NCBI GenBank assembly: GCA_963769025.1
Contig: CAVYKI010000009.1
Span: 160,001-224,000 of the forward strand
Reading direction: 5' to 3'
Origin: an uncultured Verrucomicrobiae bacterium
GTDB taxonomy: Bacteria; Verrucomicrobiota; Verrucomicrobiia; Chthoniobacterales; Chthoniobacteraceae
Length of the DNA stretch: 64,000 bases
Under the pieces are notes generated by a model. That model did not search any database and was not told where the DNA came from. It worked only from the letters and a program-made list of their open reading frames with translations. Each line of letters opens with the position of its first letter. Position 1 is the stretch's first letter. Both the position numbers and the translations under genes were made by a program. This document shows, piece by piece, positions 11,754 to 20,826 of this stretch.

Positions 11754-14167
11754 GAGCGTTCCTGCGCTGCCTCACGGTCGTCGTCGCGCTGGTCTGTGCA
11801 GCGGATGCTGCCGGGCCGGATGCCGGGAAAGTGTACGCGTGGTATCGTGCCGAGGGGGTGAAGGCGGACGGTGCAAGTATTGCAGAATGGGGGAATGCGG
11901 CGTCTTCGGGCGCGCCCCGATCGCTCACACGCATGGCGGGCAAGCCGCAGGCGTTGCGTGTGAACACACCCCGAGGCGAGCGGACGGTCGTCCGTCTCGA
12001 TGGCAAATCCGCGCTGTGGCAGCCGGTGAGTTCGTGGGGAACGTTGCCGGGCGCGCGCACCGTCGTGGCATTCGTACGGCTTGCGCCGGATGCTGCGGGC
12101 TTTCTTTTCGATGGCAGCACAAAGTCGGGCAGCGCGCCTGCGCAGCTCGTCGCGGGGAAATGGGAGACGAGTGCGGTTGCGTCGCCGCCCGGAAGGGCCG
12201 GTGGGTGGCAGGTGCAGACGTTTGTCTTTGCAAAACCCGCGGGACCGCTCGGCGGATTCATCCTCGGCGCCAATGTCTCGACCAACGTCGGCCTCGCCTG
12301 CGACGTGGCTGAGGTGCTCGTGTATGATCGCGCTCTCGGCGAAAAGGAAATTGCGGAGGCCGGCGATTACCTCCGGGAAAAGTGGGGCTCTCCGACGGAA
12401 CTTCCACCGGACCGGCAACCGAAGGCCCTGAGCCTGCCCGACGATCCGCGCATTTTTCGCACGACCTTGCGCAAGCATGGGGACGATGGCGTCCACACCT
12501 ATCGCATCCCCGGCCTCGCCACGACGCCGAAGGGGACGCTCATCGCGGTCTTCGACATCCGGCACACGAGCGCGGGGGATCTGCCGGCGGACATCGATGT
12601 CGGCATGATGCGCTCCACCGACGACGGCGCGACATGGAGCGCGATGCAGCGAATCGCAGACTACGACGCGGGCGTGCCCGGTTCGATGGGGAACGGCGTC
12701 GGCGACCCGAGCGTGCTCGTGGATGCAAAGACGGGCACGATTTTCGTCGCTGCGCTCTGGTCGAAAGGCGCGCGAGGCTGGGCGGGCAGCGGACCGGGGC
12801 TCACGCCGGAGGAGACCGCGCAATTCGTCATCGTGAAAAGCACGGACGACGGAGTGACGTGGTCGAAGCCCGTGAACATCACCGAGCAGGTGAAGCAGCC
12901 CGCCTGGCGGATGTGCTTCCAGGGCCCTGGCAACGGCATCCAGACTCGCGACGGCACGCTCGTCTTTCCCGCGCAATACAAGGGCGCGGACAACGTGCCG
13001 CACTCCTGTTTCATCGCGAGCACGGACCACGGTGCGACATGGAAAATTTCCCCCGCTGCCGCGGAAAAACCGCCGACGAGCGAGGCGCAGATCGCGGAAC
13101 TCGCAGACGGATCGCTGCTGCTCTCGATGCGGAACGAAGCGCGCGGCGGCCAGCGCGTGTGGTCGAGGTGGGAGTGGAAAGGCGGCATCTGCGCGGGCAA
13201 ATGGAGTGAGCCGTGGCTCGCAGTCACGGACCCGACCTGCATGGCGAGCCTCATCCGGCATCCGCACGGTGAACTGATTCTCTCCAACCCCAACAATGCC
13301 GCACGCCGCGTCGCGCTCACCGTCCGTTCGAGTGCAGATGGCGGGAAATCCTGGAGCAACGGCAGGCTGCTCGATGCCGGCACGGCGATGTATTCGTGCA
13401 TGACGGTGCTGCGCGACGGACGCATCGGCATCCTCTACGAATCCGGCGACGCTGCGGACCTGGTGTTCGCGCGGTTTCCGATCGAGTGGGTGCTGGAAGG
13501 CGCGAGTTCGCCGGATGTCCCCGAGGCGCGCACGGAGACGACGGGCAAGTTTGGGTGGTGGCCTGCGCGGCACACGGAGAAGGTGGCGCTGTCGAAAATG
13601 GGCGGCGTGGAACTGGCCTTCCTCGGCGATTCCATCACGCACAACTGGGAGAAGGCGGGCGCAGCCACATGGGAGAAATTTTACGCGCAGCGCAAGGCTG
13701 CCAATTACGGATTTGGCGGTGACTCGACGCAGCATGTGCTGTGGCGGATCGAGCACGGCGAATTCGACGGCATCGCACCGAAGGCCATCGTGCTGATGAT
13801 CGGAACGAACAACGCGAGGCACGGAGATTTCACCCCGGTGCAAATCGCGGATGGCATCCGCGCAATCCTCGGCAGGCTCACGCAAAAATGCCCCGGATCG
13901 AAGGTGCTCCTGCTGGCGGTGTTCCCGCGTGGCGCGACCGCCGACGATGCGATGCGACGGAAATGCGGCGAGGTGAATGCACTCCTGCCCGCGCTTGCCG
14001 ACGGGAAGCGCGTGCATTTCCTCGACATCAATTCCTCATTCCTCCGATCCGACGGGACTCTCGCGAAGGACATCATGCCCGATCTGCTCCACCCGAACGC
14101 AAAAGGCTACGAGCTCTGGGCCGAGGCAATGGAACCGAAGCTCAGGCAACTGCTCGGCGGGAAATGA
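11750..14167 (+). CDS. Secreted multidomain sialidase: LamG/ConA-like domain, GH33 sialidase and SGNH/GDSL esterase
   Basis: Signal peptide; YRIP motif; four Asp boxes (STDDGATW, STDDGVTW, STDHGATW, SADGGKSW); C-terminal FLGDSIT, IGTNN, DLLHP. Confidence 0.9.
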   Translation: MRAFLRCLTVVVALVCAADAAGPDAGKVYAWYRAEGVKADGASIAEWGNAASSGAPRSLTRMAGKPQALRVNTPRGERTVVRLDGKSALWQPVSSWGTLPGARTVVAFVRLAPDAAGFLFDGSTKSGSAPAQLVAGKWETSAVASPPGRAGGWQVQTFVFAKPAGPLGGFILGANVSTNVGLACDVAEVLVYDRALGEKEIAEAGDYLREKWGSPTELPPDRQPKALSLPDDPRIFRTTLRKHGDDGVHTYRIPGLATTPKGTLIAVFDIRHTSAGDLPADIDVGMMRSTDDGATWSAMQRIADYDAGVPGSMGNGVGDPSVLVDAKTGTIFVAALWSKGARGWAGSGPGLTPEETAQFVIVKSTDDGVTWSKPVNITEQVKQPAWRMCFQGPGNGIQTRDGTLVFPAQYKGADNVPHSCFIASTDHGATWKISPAAAEKPPTSEAQIAELADGSLLLSMRNEARGGQRVWSRWEWKGGICAGKWSEPWLAVTDPTCMASLIRHPHGELILSNPNNAARRVALTVRSSADGGKSWSNGRLLDAGTAMYSCMTVLRDGRIGILYESGDAADLVFARFPIEWVLEGASSPDVPEARTETTGKFGWWPARHTEKVALSKMGGVELAFLGDSITHNWEKAGAATWEKFYAQRKAANYGFGGDSTQHVLWRIEHGEFDGIAPKAIVLMIGTNNARHGDFTPVQIADGIRAILGRLTQKCPGSKVLLLAVFPRGATADDAMRRKCGEVNALLPALADGKRVHFLDINSSFLRSDGTLAKDIMPDLLHPNAKGYELWAEAMEPKLRQLLGGK

Positions 14168-15057
14168 ACCCTCTGAAACGCATGCTTAGGATTTCTTTCG
14201 CGCTCTGCGCGTGGTCATCCGCAAGTCTCACCGCATTCGCCGCGGAACTGCCCGACGTCGCAACATTGCCCGAGGATGTGAAGGTGCCCGCCATTGCCGG
14301 GGCTGCTCCCGGTGCGGGGCTGCGCGTGCGCGGGACGACCACGGGGTGGGAGGGGACGGCTGTGCATCACACGATCTACCTGCCAGTGAATTGGAAGCCG
14401 GGCGGAAAATATCCGGTGCTCGTCGAGTACATGGGGAATGGCGGATACAAGAACGCATTTGGCGACGTGTGTGATGGGACGGTGGAGGGTGGCAGCCTGG
14501 GCTACGGCATCTCGGGCGGCGCGGACTACATCTGCATCGGCATGCCGTTTGTGAAAGTGGCCGGTGGCCGCAAGGAGAACGCCGCGAATTGGTGGGGCGA
14601 TGCCGATGAGACGGCGGCGTATTGCGTGACGACAGTGCGGGAGGTATGCCGCGATTTTGGCGGCGACGAAAAGGCGGTCGTGCTCTGCGGATTTTCGCGC
14701 GGGTCGATCGCATGCAACTACATCGGCCTCCGCAATGAAACCATCGCTCCGCTCTGGCGCGCATTCATCTGCCACAGTCACTATGATGGCGTGCGGACCA
14801 CATGGCCTTATGCGGACGCCGATCGCGTCTCCGCTCTGGCGCGGCTGCGAAGGCTGGACGGGCGTCCGCAATTCATCAGCCACGAGGGGTCGGTGGATGA
14901 GACGCGGCGACATCTCGATGCGACTGGCGTGCGCGGTGCGTTCGAATTTTCCGCACTGCCTTTTCGCAATCACACTGACCGTTGGGCGCTGCGAGACTGC
15001 GAGCATCGGCGGAAGGTCCGCGCGTGGTTGCACAGCCTCGGTCTCCCTGCTCAGTAG
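14164..15057 (+). CDS. Secreted alpha/beta-hydrolase-like protein
   Basis: ATGA overlap with the sialidase; signal peptide; IYLP.NWKPGGKYPVLVEY; GFSRG nucleophile elbow; late His (NHTD). Confidence 0.6.
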   Translation: MNPLKRMLRISFALCAWSSASLTAFAAELPDVATLPEDVKVPAIAGAAPGAGLRVRGTTTGWEGTAVHHTIYLPVNWKPGGKYPVLVEYMGNGGYKNAFGDVCDGTVEGGSLGYGISGGADYICIGMPFVKVAGGRKENAANWWGDADETAAYCVTTVREVCRDFGGDEKAVVLCGFSRGSIACNYIGLRNETIAPLWRAFICHSHYDGVRTTWPYADADRVSALARLRRLDGRPQFISHEGSVDETRRHLDATGVRGAFEFSALPFRNHTDRWALRDCEHRRKVRAWLHSLGLPAQ

Positions 15058-15439
15058 CGGGTGCTGCTGGAGCGTCGGACCTCGCGGCTGTGCCCGACTG
15101 CGGAGGAGTCCACACCTCTCGCCGCAGCCTCGCAAACCGCACGCGGCGCGATTGGGAATGCAATTGATGGTGAATCTTGTCCAAGCAACGGTGAGCGCGT
15201 TTCGGCGAGGGTGGGCACGGTGCGCCCACGATGGAACAAACAGTAAACTCCAAGCCTGACACCGGCTCTTGCGGCAGGTGCGAGCATTGCCGCTGCGGTG
15301 AAAAGCATGCGGAGGCGCGCTGGAAGGATGCAGCATCCCATGCTGCCCGCGCAACCGGTTCACCCGCCCCTTCCGGCGCGGCGATGCCTGCCTTGGATGA
15401 CGCTGAACACCGTCTCTCCCCGGCGACTGGAGCCGGGCC

Positions 15440-15610
15440 ATGAACGTTCTCGCACTGACCATTTTCGTGGGCCTGCTGCTCGTGGGTTCGTTTGTGATCC
15501 TATGGATCGCGGCGGCATGCGACCCGCGCAGTTTCAACGAGCGTGACGCGCTCATGCCTCTGGAGGCTGACGCTCCCGAGGCGCCTCGTTTGCCAAAAAA
15601 CAAACCATGA
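15440..15610 (+). CDS. ccoS: cbb3 oxidase assembly protein, CcoS/FixS-like (56 aa, absent from ORF track)
   Basis: MNVLALTIFVGLLLVGSFVILWIAAACDPRSFNERDALMPLE...; single TM; ATGA overlap with ccoNO. Confidence 0.7.
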   Translation: MNVLALTIFVGLLLVGSFVILWIAAACDPRSFNERDALMPLEADAPEAPRLPKNKP

Positions 15611-17943
15611 GTAACGCACCAGCCGGCGCTTTGCCGGCCACCAAAACCCGCATCGAATACGACGACACGCCCGTCCGCCAGTTCATGATTGCCTCCGTGT
15701 TTTGGGGCATCATCGGAATGCTTGCGGGTGTGCTCATCGCCGCGCAACTCGGGGTGTGGCAGGCGAATTTCAAAACGTCGTGGCTGACCTTTGGGCGTCT
15801 CCGCCCGCTGCATACGAACGCCGTCATATTCGCCTTTGTCGGCAACATGATGTTTGCCGGCATCTACTACTCCACCCAGCGCCTCGTGAAGGCGCGGACG
15901 GCGTCGAAGCTCCTTTCGCAGATCCATTTCTGGGGCTGGCAGCTCATCATCACCGCGGCTGCGATCACGCTCCCGCTCGGTCTGACGCGCGGGAAGGAGT
16001 ACGCGGAGTTGATCTGGCCAATCGACATCGCTGTCGCGGTCATCTGGGTCGTCTTCGCGGCCAACTTCTTCTGGACGCTCGCGCGCCGCAACGAGCCAAG
16101 CCTTTACGTCGCGATCTGGTTCTATATCGCGACCATCGTCACCGTGGCGATGCTCTATATCGTCAACCACCTCTCGATTCCGACGAGTTGGACGCACAGC
16201 TACCCGATTTTCGGCGGCGTGCAGGATGCGCTCGTGCAGTGGTGGTACGGGCACAACGCCGTGGCGTTCTTCCTCACCACTCCGATCCTCGGCATCATGT
16301 ATTACTTCCTGCCGAAGGCGGCGGAGCGGCCCGTGTATTCGTACCGGCTGAGCATCGTTCACTTTTGGTCGCTCGTGTTCATCTACATCTGGGCGGGCCC
16401 GCATCATCTGCTGAACACCTCGCTTCCCGTATGGCTTCAGTCGCTGGGAATGATCTTCTCCCTCATGCTCTGGGCACCGAGTTGGGGTGGCATGCTCAAC
16501 GGCCTGCTCACACTGCGCGGTGCGTGGCACAAGCTCCGCACGGATCACGTGCTGAAGTTTTTCGTCGCCGGCGTGACCTTTTACGGCATGGCGACCTTCG
16601 AGGGACCGCTCATGTCCATCCGCTCGGTGAATGCGCTCTCGCACTACACCGATTGGGGCATCGCGCACGTCCACGGCGGCGCGCTCGGCTGGAACGGATT
16701 CATGGCCGCCGGAATGTTCTACTGGCTCGCTCCGCGGCTCTGGAAAAGGCCGCTGCACTCACCCGCCGCCGCGAACATGCACTTCTGGCTCGGGACCGTG
16801 GGAATCCTCATCTACATGCTGTCGATGTATGTCTCCGGCATCACGCAGGGCCTCATGCTCAGCGCGACGAGGGAAGGCGGGACGGTGCTTACTTATCCGA
16901 ATTTCCTCGATGCAGTGACCTCGACGAAAGTGCTGATGCACGTCCGCGCACTCGGTGGCCTGATGTATCTCGTCGGGTTCGTGATGCTCGCCTGGAACCT
17001 CTGGAAAACAGCGCGCGGCGCGGAAGCGGTGAATGGCAGCACGGAGGTGTACATTCCGGAAAAGGAAAAAGGCATGGGCATCGTGGCTGGATTCCTGAAT
17101 GCGCCGGTCATCTATACCACGTTGCTGTTCGTTTTTGCGGCCGGCTGGGCGGCGTTGCCGGGCGCGGCCGGCGCGCTCTGCATCGTCGGTTTCATCGCGG
17201 CGATGGCGATGATGAGCATGAACTTGGAATTCTCGAAAAATGGCTGGTCCGGCTGGTATGAGCGCCTGCTGGCCAATGCCCTGCCGTTCACGATGCTCAC
17301 CGTGGTTGCGGTTTTCATCGGCGGGCTCGTGCAGATCATCCCGACCGTGATGGTGAACACCGGGAAGAGCATCGAGGGAGTGCGGCAGATTCCCTACACG
17401 CCGCTCGAACTCGCCGGGCGCGACATCTACATCCGCGAAGGCTGCTACACGTGCCACTCGCAGCAAATCCGCACGCTCGTCGGCGACGTCCTCCGCTACG
17501 GCGACTACTCGAAGATCGGCGAATCCATCTACGACCATCCTTACCAGTGGGGATCGAAACGCATCGGTCCCGACCTCGCCCGCCAAGGCGGCAAGTATCC
17601 GAATTCATGGCACTACTTCCACATGCGCGATCCCCGGCAGATCAGTCCCGGTTCGACCATGCCGGCGTATCCGTGGCTTTTCACTGACAGGACCGATACC
17701 GCGGCCCTGCCGAACAAGCTCGCCGTTCAGCGGAGGATAGGCATCCCGTATCCACCGATGACCGATGCGCAAATCCAGCAGGACTGTGAGCGGCAGGCGG
17801 CGGCAATGGTCGCGGATCTCAAGACCGCCGGCGCGGAAATCCCGCCCGACCGCGAGATCGTCGCGCTGATTTCCTATCTTCAAAAGCTCGGCAAGTCCGA
17901 AAAGGCCATCCCTGCCGAGACTCCGAAAACCGCAGTCAGGTAG
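15607..17943 (+). CDS. ccoN: cbb3-type cytochrome c oxidase, fused subunits I/II (CcoNO)
   Basis: FGRLRPLHTN, WWYGHNAV, WAGPHHL, HVH; C-terminal YIREGCYTCHSQ, WGSKRIGPDLAR. Confidence 0.97.
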   Translation: MSNAPAGALPATKTRIEYDDTPVRQFMIASVFWGIIGMLAGVLIAAQLGVWQANFKTSWLTFGRLRPLHTNAVIFAFVGNMMFAGIYYSTQRLVKARTASKLLSQIHFWGWQLIITAAAITLPLGLTRGKEYAELIWPIDIAVAVIWVVFAANFFWTLARRNEPSLYVAIWFYIATIVTVAMLYIVNHLSIPTSWTHSYPIFGGVQDALVQWWYGHNAVAFFLTTPILGIMYYFLPKAAERPVYSYRLSIVHFWSLVFIYIWAGPHHLLNTSLPVWLQSLGMIFSLMLWAPSWGGMLNGLLTLRGAWHKLRTDHVLKFFVAGVTFYGMATFEGPLMSIRSVNALSHYTDWGIAHVHGGALGWNGFMAAGMFYWLAPRLWKRPLHSPAAANMHFWLGTVGILIYMLSMYVSGITQGLMLSATREGGTVLTYPNFLDAVTSTKVLMHVRALGGLMYLVGFVMLAWNLWKTARGAEAVNGSTEVYIPEKEKGMGIVAGFLNAPVIYTTLLFVFAAGWAALPGAAGALCIVGFIAAMAMMSMNLEFSKNGWSGWYERLLANALPFTMLTVVAVFIGGLVQIIPTVMVNTGKSIEGVRQIPYTPLELAGRDIYIREGCYTCHSQQIRTLVGDVLRYGDYSKIGESIYDHPYQWGSKRIGPDLARQGGKYPNSWHYFHMRDPRQISPGSTMPAYPWLFTDRTDTAALPNKLAVQRRIGIPYPPMTDAQIQQDCERQAAAMVADLKTAGAEIPPDREIVALISYLQKLGKSEKAIPAETPKTAVR

Positions 17944-17949
17944 CACGCC

Positions 17950-18117
17950 ATGTTTCACCGCATCATCGTCGAGGAATGGCAGCGGGTGCTCAGCATCATG
18001 AGCATCGCGCTCTTCTTCGCAGTCTTCGTCATCCACTTCATCCGTGTCCGGCGCATCCCGCGCGAAACCATCGCACACATGGAAAAACTCCCGCTCGAAT
18101 ACGACGAACATGAATAG
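17950..18117 (+). CDS. ccoQ: cbb3 oxidase small subunit, CcoQ-like (55 aa, absent from ORF track)
   Basis: MFHRIIVEEWQRVLSIMSIALFFAVFVIHFIRV...MEKLPLEYDE; TM plus xLPLE ending; lies between ccoO and ccoP. Confidence 0.75.
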   Translation: MFHRIIVEEWQRVLSIMSIALFFAVFVIHFIRVRRIPRETIAHMEKLPLEYDEHE

Positions 18118-18727
18118 GCCCGCCGACCAGTCGCCCGACGCGCAGCACGATGGCGAACTGCGTGCGCACAGCTATGACGGCATCCAGGAGTACGACAAGC
18201 GCCTGCCTCGCTGGTGGCTGCTCACCCTGTACGGTGCGATCGCCTTCTCCGTGGTCTACTGGGCCTATTACCACGCGTACAGCTTTGGGACATCGCCTGC
18301 GCTCGCGCTCGAGAAGGAAATGGCGGAGAACGCCGCCAGAGCCGCTCAGAGGTCCGGCATCATCGATGACGAAATGCTGTGGAGACTGAGCCTCAACCCT
18401 CAGGCGTTGTCCGCGGGCAAGACCGTCTTCGACACCACCTGCGCCGCCTGCCACAAGCCCGACATGACGGGCCTCATCGGTCCGAATCTCGTGGACAGGG
18501 AATGGATTCACGGGGGCAAGCCCATGGATTCATTCAAGACGATCGACGAAGGTGTGCTCGCGAAGGGAATGCCCGCGTGGGGGCCGATGCTTGGCCGCCA
18601 GAAAATCAGCGAGGTCGTCGCGTATATCTTTTCGCATCACAAACCCGGCGAGGAGGTGATCATCGTTCCCGGTTGGACGCTGCCTGCCGGCATCGCGCCC
18701 ATTCCCACTCCGGCGCCAGCACGATGA
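18110..18727 (+). CDS. ccoP: cbb3 oxidase subunit III (monoheme CcoP)
   Basis: HSYDGIQEYDKRLPRWW, a single CAACH, GPNL, KGMPAW. Confidence 0.92.
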   Translation: MNRPADQSPDAQHDGELRAHSYDGIQEYDKRLPRWWLLTLYGAIAFSVVYWAYYHAYSFGTSPALALEKEMAENAARAAQRSGIIDDEMLWRLSLNPQALSAGKTVFDTTCAACHKPDMTGLIGPNLVDREWIHGGKPMDSFKTIDEGVLAKGMPAWGPMLGRQKISEVVAYIFSHHKPGEEVIIVPGWTLPAGIAPIPTPAPAR

Positions 18728-20106
18728 CCACGACACCGCAACGCCCCTCGCTCGACTCCGTCGCGACGATCAACGAGGACGGCTCGCGGCGCTTCGTCCA
18801 CGCGGCCTTGGCGCACGGTCGTTTTGCGCGCTGGCGCACCGTCCTCGCCGTCGCGCTCACCGCCCTTTACGTGGCGATGCCGTGGATCCGGATCAATGGC
18901 AACCCGGCGCTCTTCCTGGATATCGCACATGGGCAGTTCCATTACTTCGGACTCACCTTCGTCAGTCAGGACATCTGGATCGCCTTCTTTGTGATGAGCG
19001 GCATCGGATTCTGCCTCTTCTTCCTCACCGCGCTGCTCGGCCGAGTGTGGTGCGGCTGGGCCTGCCCGCAGACGATCTTTCTCGATTTCGCGCGCTGCAT
19101 CGAGCGCTGGTGCGAGGGCGATGCCCCGGAAAGGCGAAGGCTCGATTGCTCGCCATGGACCCTGAGCAAGTCCGTTCGCCGCGGCGCCAAGCACGTCTTC
19201 TACGGGCTCTTCTCCCTGCTGCTTGCCCACGTGCTCCTCTCCTACTTCGTGTCGCTGCCCCGCCTTTACGCGATGATGAGGCACGCACCCGCTGAAAACC
19301 TCGGGTCATTTGCATTCGTCTTCCTCACCGCCGCCGCGCTGTGGTTCAACCTCGCGTGGTTTCGCGAGCAGTTCTGCATCGTGCTTTGCCCGTATGGACG
19401 CCTGCAGTCCGCACTCATCGACAGCGACTCGCTCGTGGTCGGCTACGACACGAAACGCGGGGAGCCACGGGGCCGGAAAGGCACGCAGGGCGCCGGAGAC
19501 TGCGTCGATTGCCTGCGCTGCGTGCAGGTGTGCCCGACCGGCATCGACATCCGGCAGGGCCAGCAACTCGAATGCATCGGCTGCACCGCGTGCATCGACG
19601 CGTGCGATGCCGTCATGTCGAAGCTCGTTCGCGAGCCCGGCCTCATCCGTTACGATTCGCGGCACGGCTTTGAGGGAAAACGCACACGCTGGCTGCGGCC
19701 CCGCACACTGCTCTACACCGCGCTCGCGGTCCTCGGTGCCATCGCGCTGACGTTTGAGACCGCGTCCCTCAAGTCTGCCACCGTGAGCCTCACGCGCGTC
19801 ACGGGCATTCCGTATGTGGTCGAGGGCGGTGTCGTGCGAAACCAGTTCCTCGTGCGCTTGCTGAACAAGCGCAATGCCGCCGTCACCTTCCGGGTGGAGG
19901 TCGCAGACGGCCCTCCGAGCCTTCGGACAATCGGCGTGGAGGGCGGCATCGTCGTCGCTCCGCTCGGTGAGGAAATCCGCACGGTGGCGCTCACGCTCCC
20001 GCGCGCCGATCTGAAGGCCGAGCTTCCGTTGCGCTTCGTCGTAAAGTCGGGCGACGGCACGGTCATCGAAAGGGCGGCTACCTTTCTCGGGCCAATCATC
20101 CCATGA
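18724..20106 (+). CDS. ccoG: Cytochrome c oxidase accessory protein CcoG/FixG
   Basis: GRVWCGWACPQT, REQFCIVLCPY, CVDCLRCVQVCPTGIDIR, CIGCTACIDAC. Confidence 0.95.
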   Translation: MTTTPQRPSLDSVATINEDGSRRFVHAALAHGRFARWRTVLAVALTALYVAMPWIRINGNPALFLDIAHGQFHYFGLTFVSQDIWIAFFVMSGIGFCLFFLTALLGRVWCGWACPQTIFLDFARCIERWCEGDAPERRRLDCSPWTLSKSVRRGAKHVFYGLFSLLLAHVLLSYFVSLPRLYAMMRHAPAENLGSFAFVFLTAAALWFNLAWFREQFCIVLCPYGRLQSALIDSDSLVVGYDTKRGEPRGRKGTQGAGDCVDCLRCVQVCPTGIDIRQGQQLECIGCTACIDACDAVMSKLVREPGLIRYDSRHGFEGKRTRWLRPRTLLYTALAVLGAIALTFETASLKSATVSLTRVTGIPYVVEGGVVRNQFLVRLLNKRNAAVTFRVEVADGPPSLRTIGVEGGIVVAPLGEEIRTVALTLPRADLKAELPLRFVVKSGDGTVIERAATFLGPIIP

Positions 20107-20228
20107 AAGACCGTCCTTGGATCTGGCTCATCATTGCCAATGTCGTCTTCATCGCCGGCATGATCACGATGGTCGTGATCGCCGTTCGCAACAAGGAGCC
20201 AGACGTGCCGATTGCACATGGACGCTAG
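20103..20228 (+). CDS. 41-aa single-TM protein in the CcoH/FixH position
   Basis: MKDRPWIWLIIANVVFIAGMITMVVIAVRNKEPDVPIAHGR; overlaps both neighbours. Confidence 0.6.
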   Translation: MKDRPWIWLIIANVVFIAGMITMVVIAVRNKEPDVPIAHGR

Positions 20229-20826
20229 TGTGGCCACGCCCATCGCCGCCCTGGTCGCAGGACTCGCGACGGGCGTGCATTGCACCGTGATGTGCGGTCC
20301 GCTCGCATGCGCGATGCGTGTGCGACCCGCCGAGTATCACGCCTCGCGCCTTGTCTCCTACTCGCTGGCCGGTGCGCTGTGCGGCACGGCGGGGCAGACG
20401 GTTGCATCCTTTCTCCAAGGCACCACCGCCCGCATCGTCCCGTGGGCGTTTGTCATCGTGCTCATCGTGCTTGGATTCGGGCTGGAGAAGCGAATCCCGC
20501 AGCCGCGCTTCGTTGCGAAATTGCTCTTCCGCGCGCGCCTGAACCGTTCGCTGGGATGGCTCACGCCGCTGCTCCCGTGCGGTCCCCTGTGGCTCATGCT
20601 GGGTGCAGCCGCGGTCACCGGTTCGTGGATGAGTGGGGCGGTGCACATGGCGGCATTTGCGATCGGCACCGTCCCGCTTCCGGTCCTGCTGCAGATCCAG
20701 GCATTGCGGATGCAGCATGGCATTTCCCACCGGATGGCGCGTTGGATGCAGCAAGGGCTGGCATTGATCTCCGCCGGCCTGCTCATCTGGCGCGCCGCTC
20801 TCCCTCCCCATGCGAGCTGCCATTGA
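20218..20826 (+). CDS. DsbD_2/TauE-like membrane protein of cco clusters
   Basis: HCTVMCGP, LLPCGPL, AFAIGTVP. Confidence 0.85.
   Translation: MDASVATPIAALVAGLATGVHCTVMCGPLACAMRVRPAEYHASRLVSYSLAGALCGTAGQTVASFLQGTTARIVPWAFVIVLIVLGFGLEKRIPQPRFVAKLLFRARLNRSLGWLTPLLPCGPLWLMLGAAAVTGSWMSGAVHMAAFAIGTVPLPVLLQIQALRMQHGISHRMARWMQQGLALISAGLLIWRAALPPHASCH

Noticed and set aside
15164..15178. FNR box upstream of the cbb3 operon
   Set aside because: TTGAT is present but the second half-site is mis-spaced and mismatched (TTGATGGTGAATCTT), and it lies about 270 bp from the first gene
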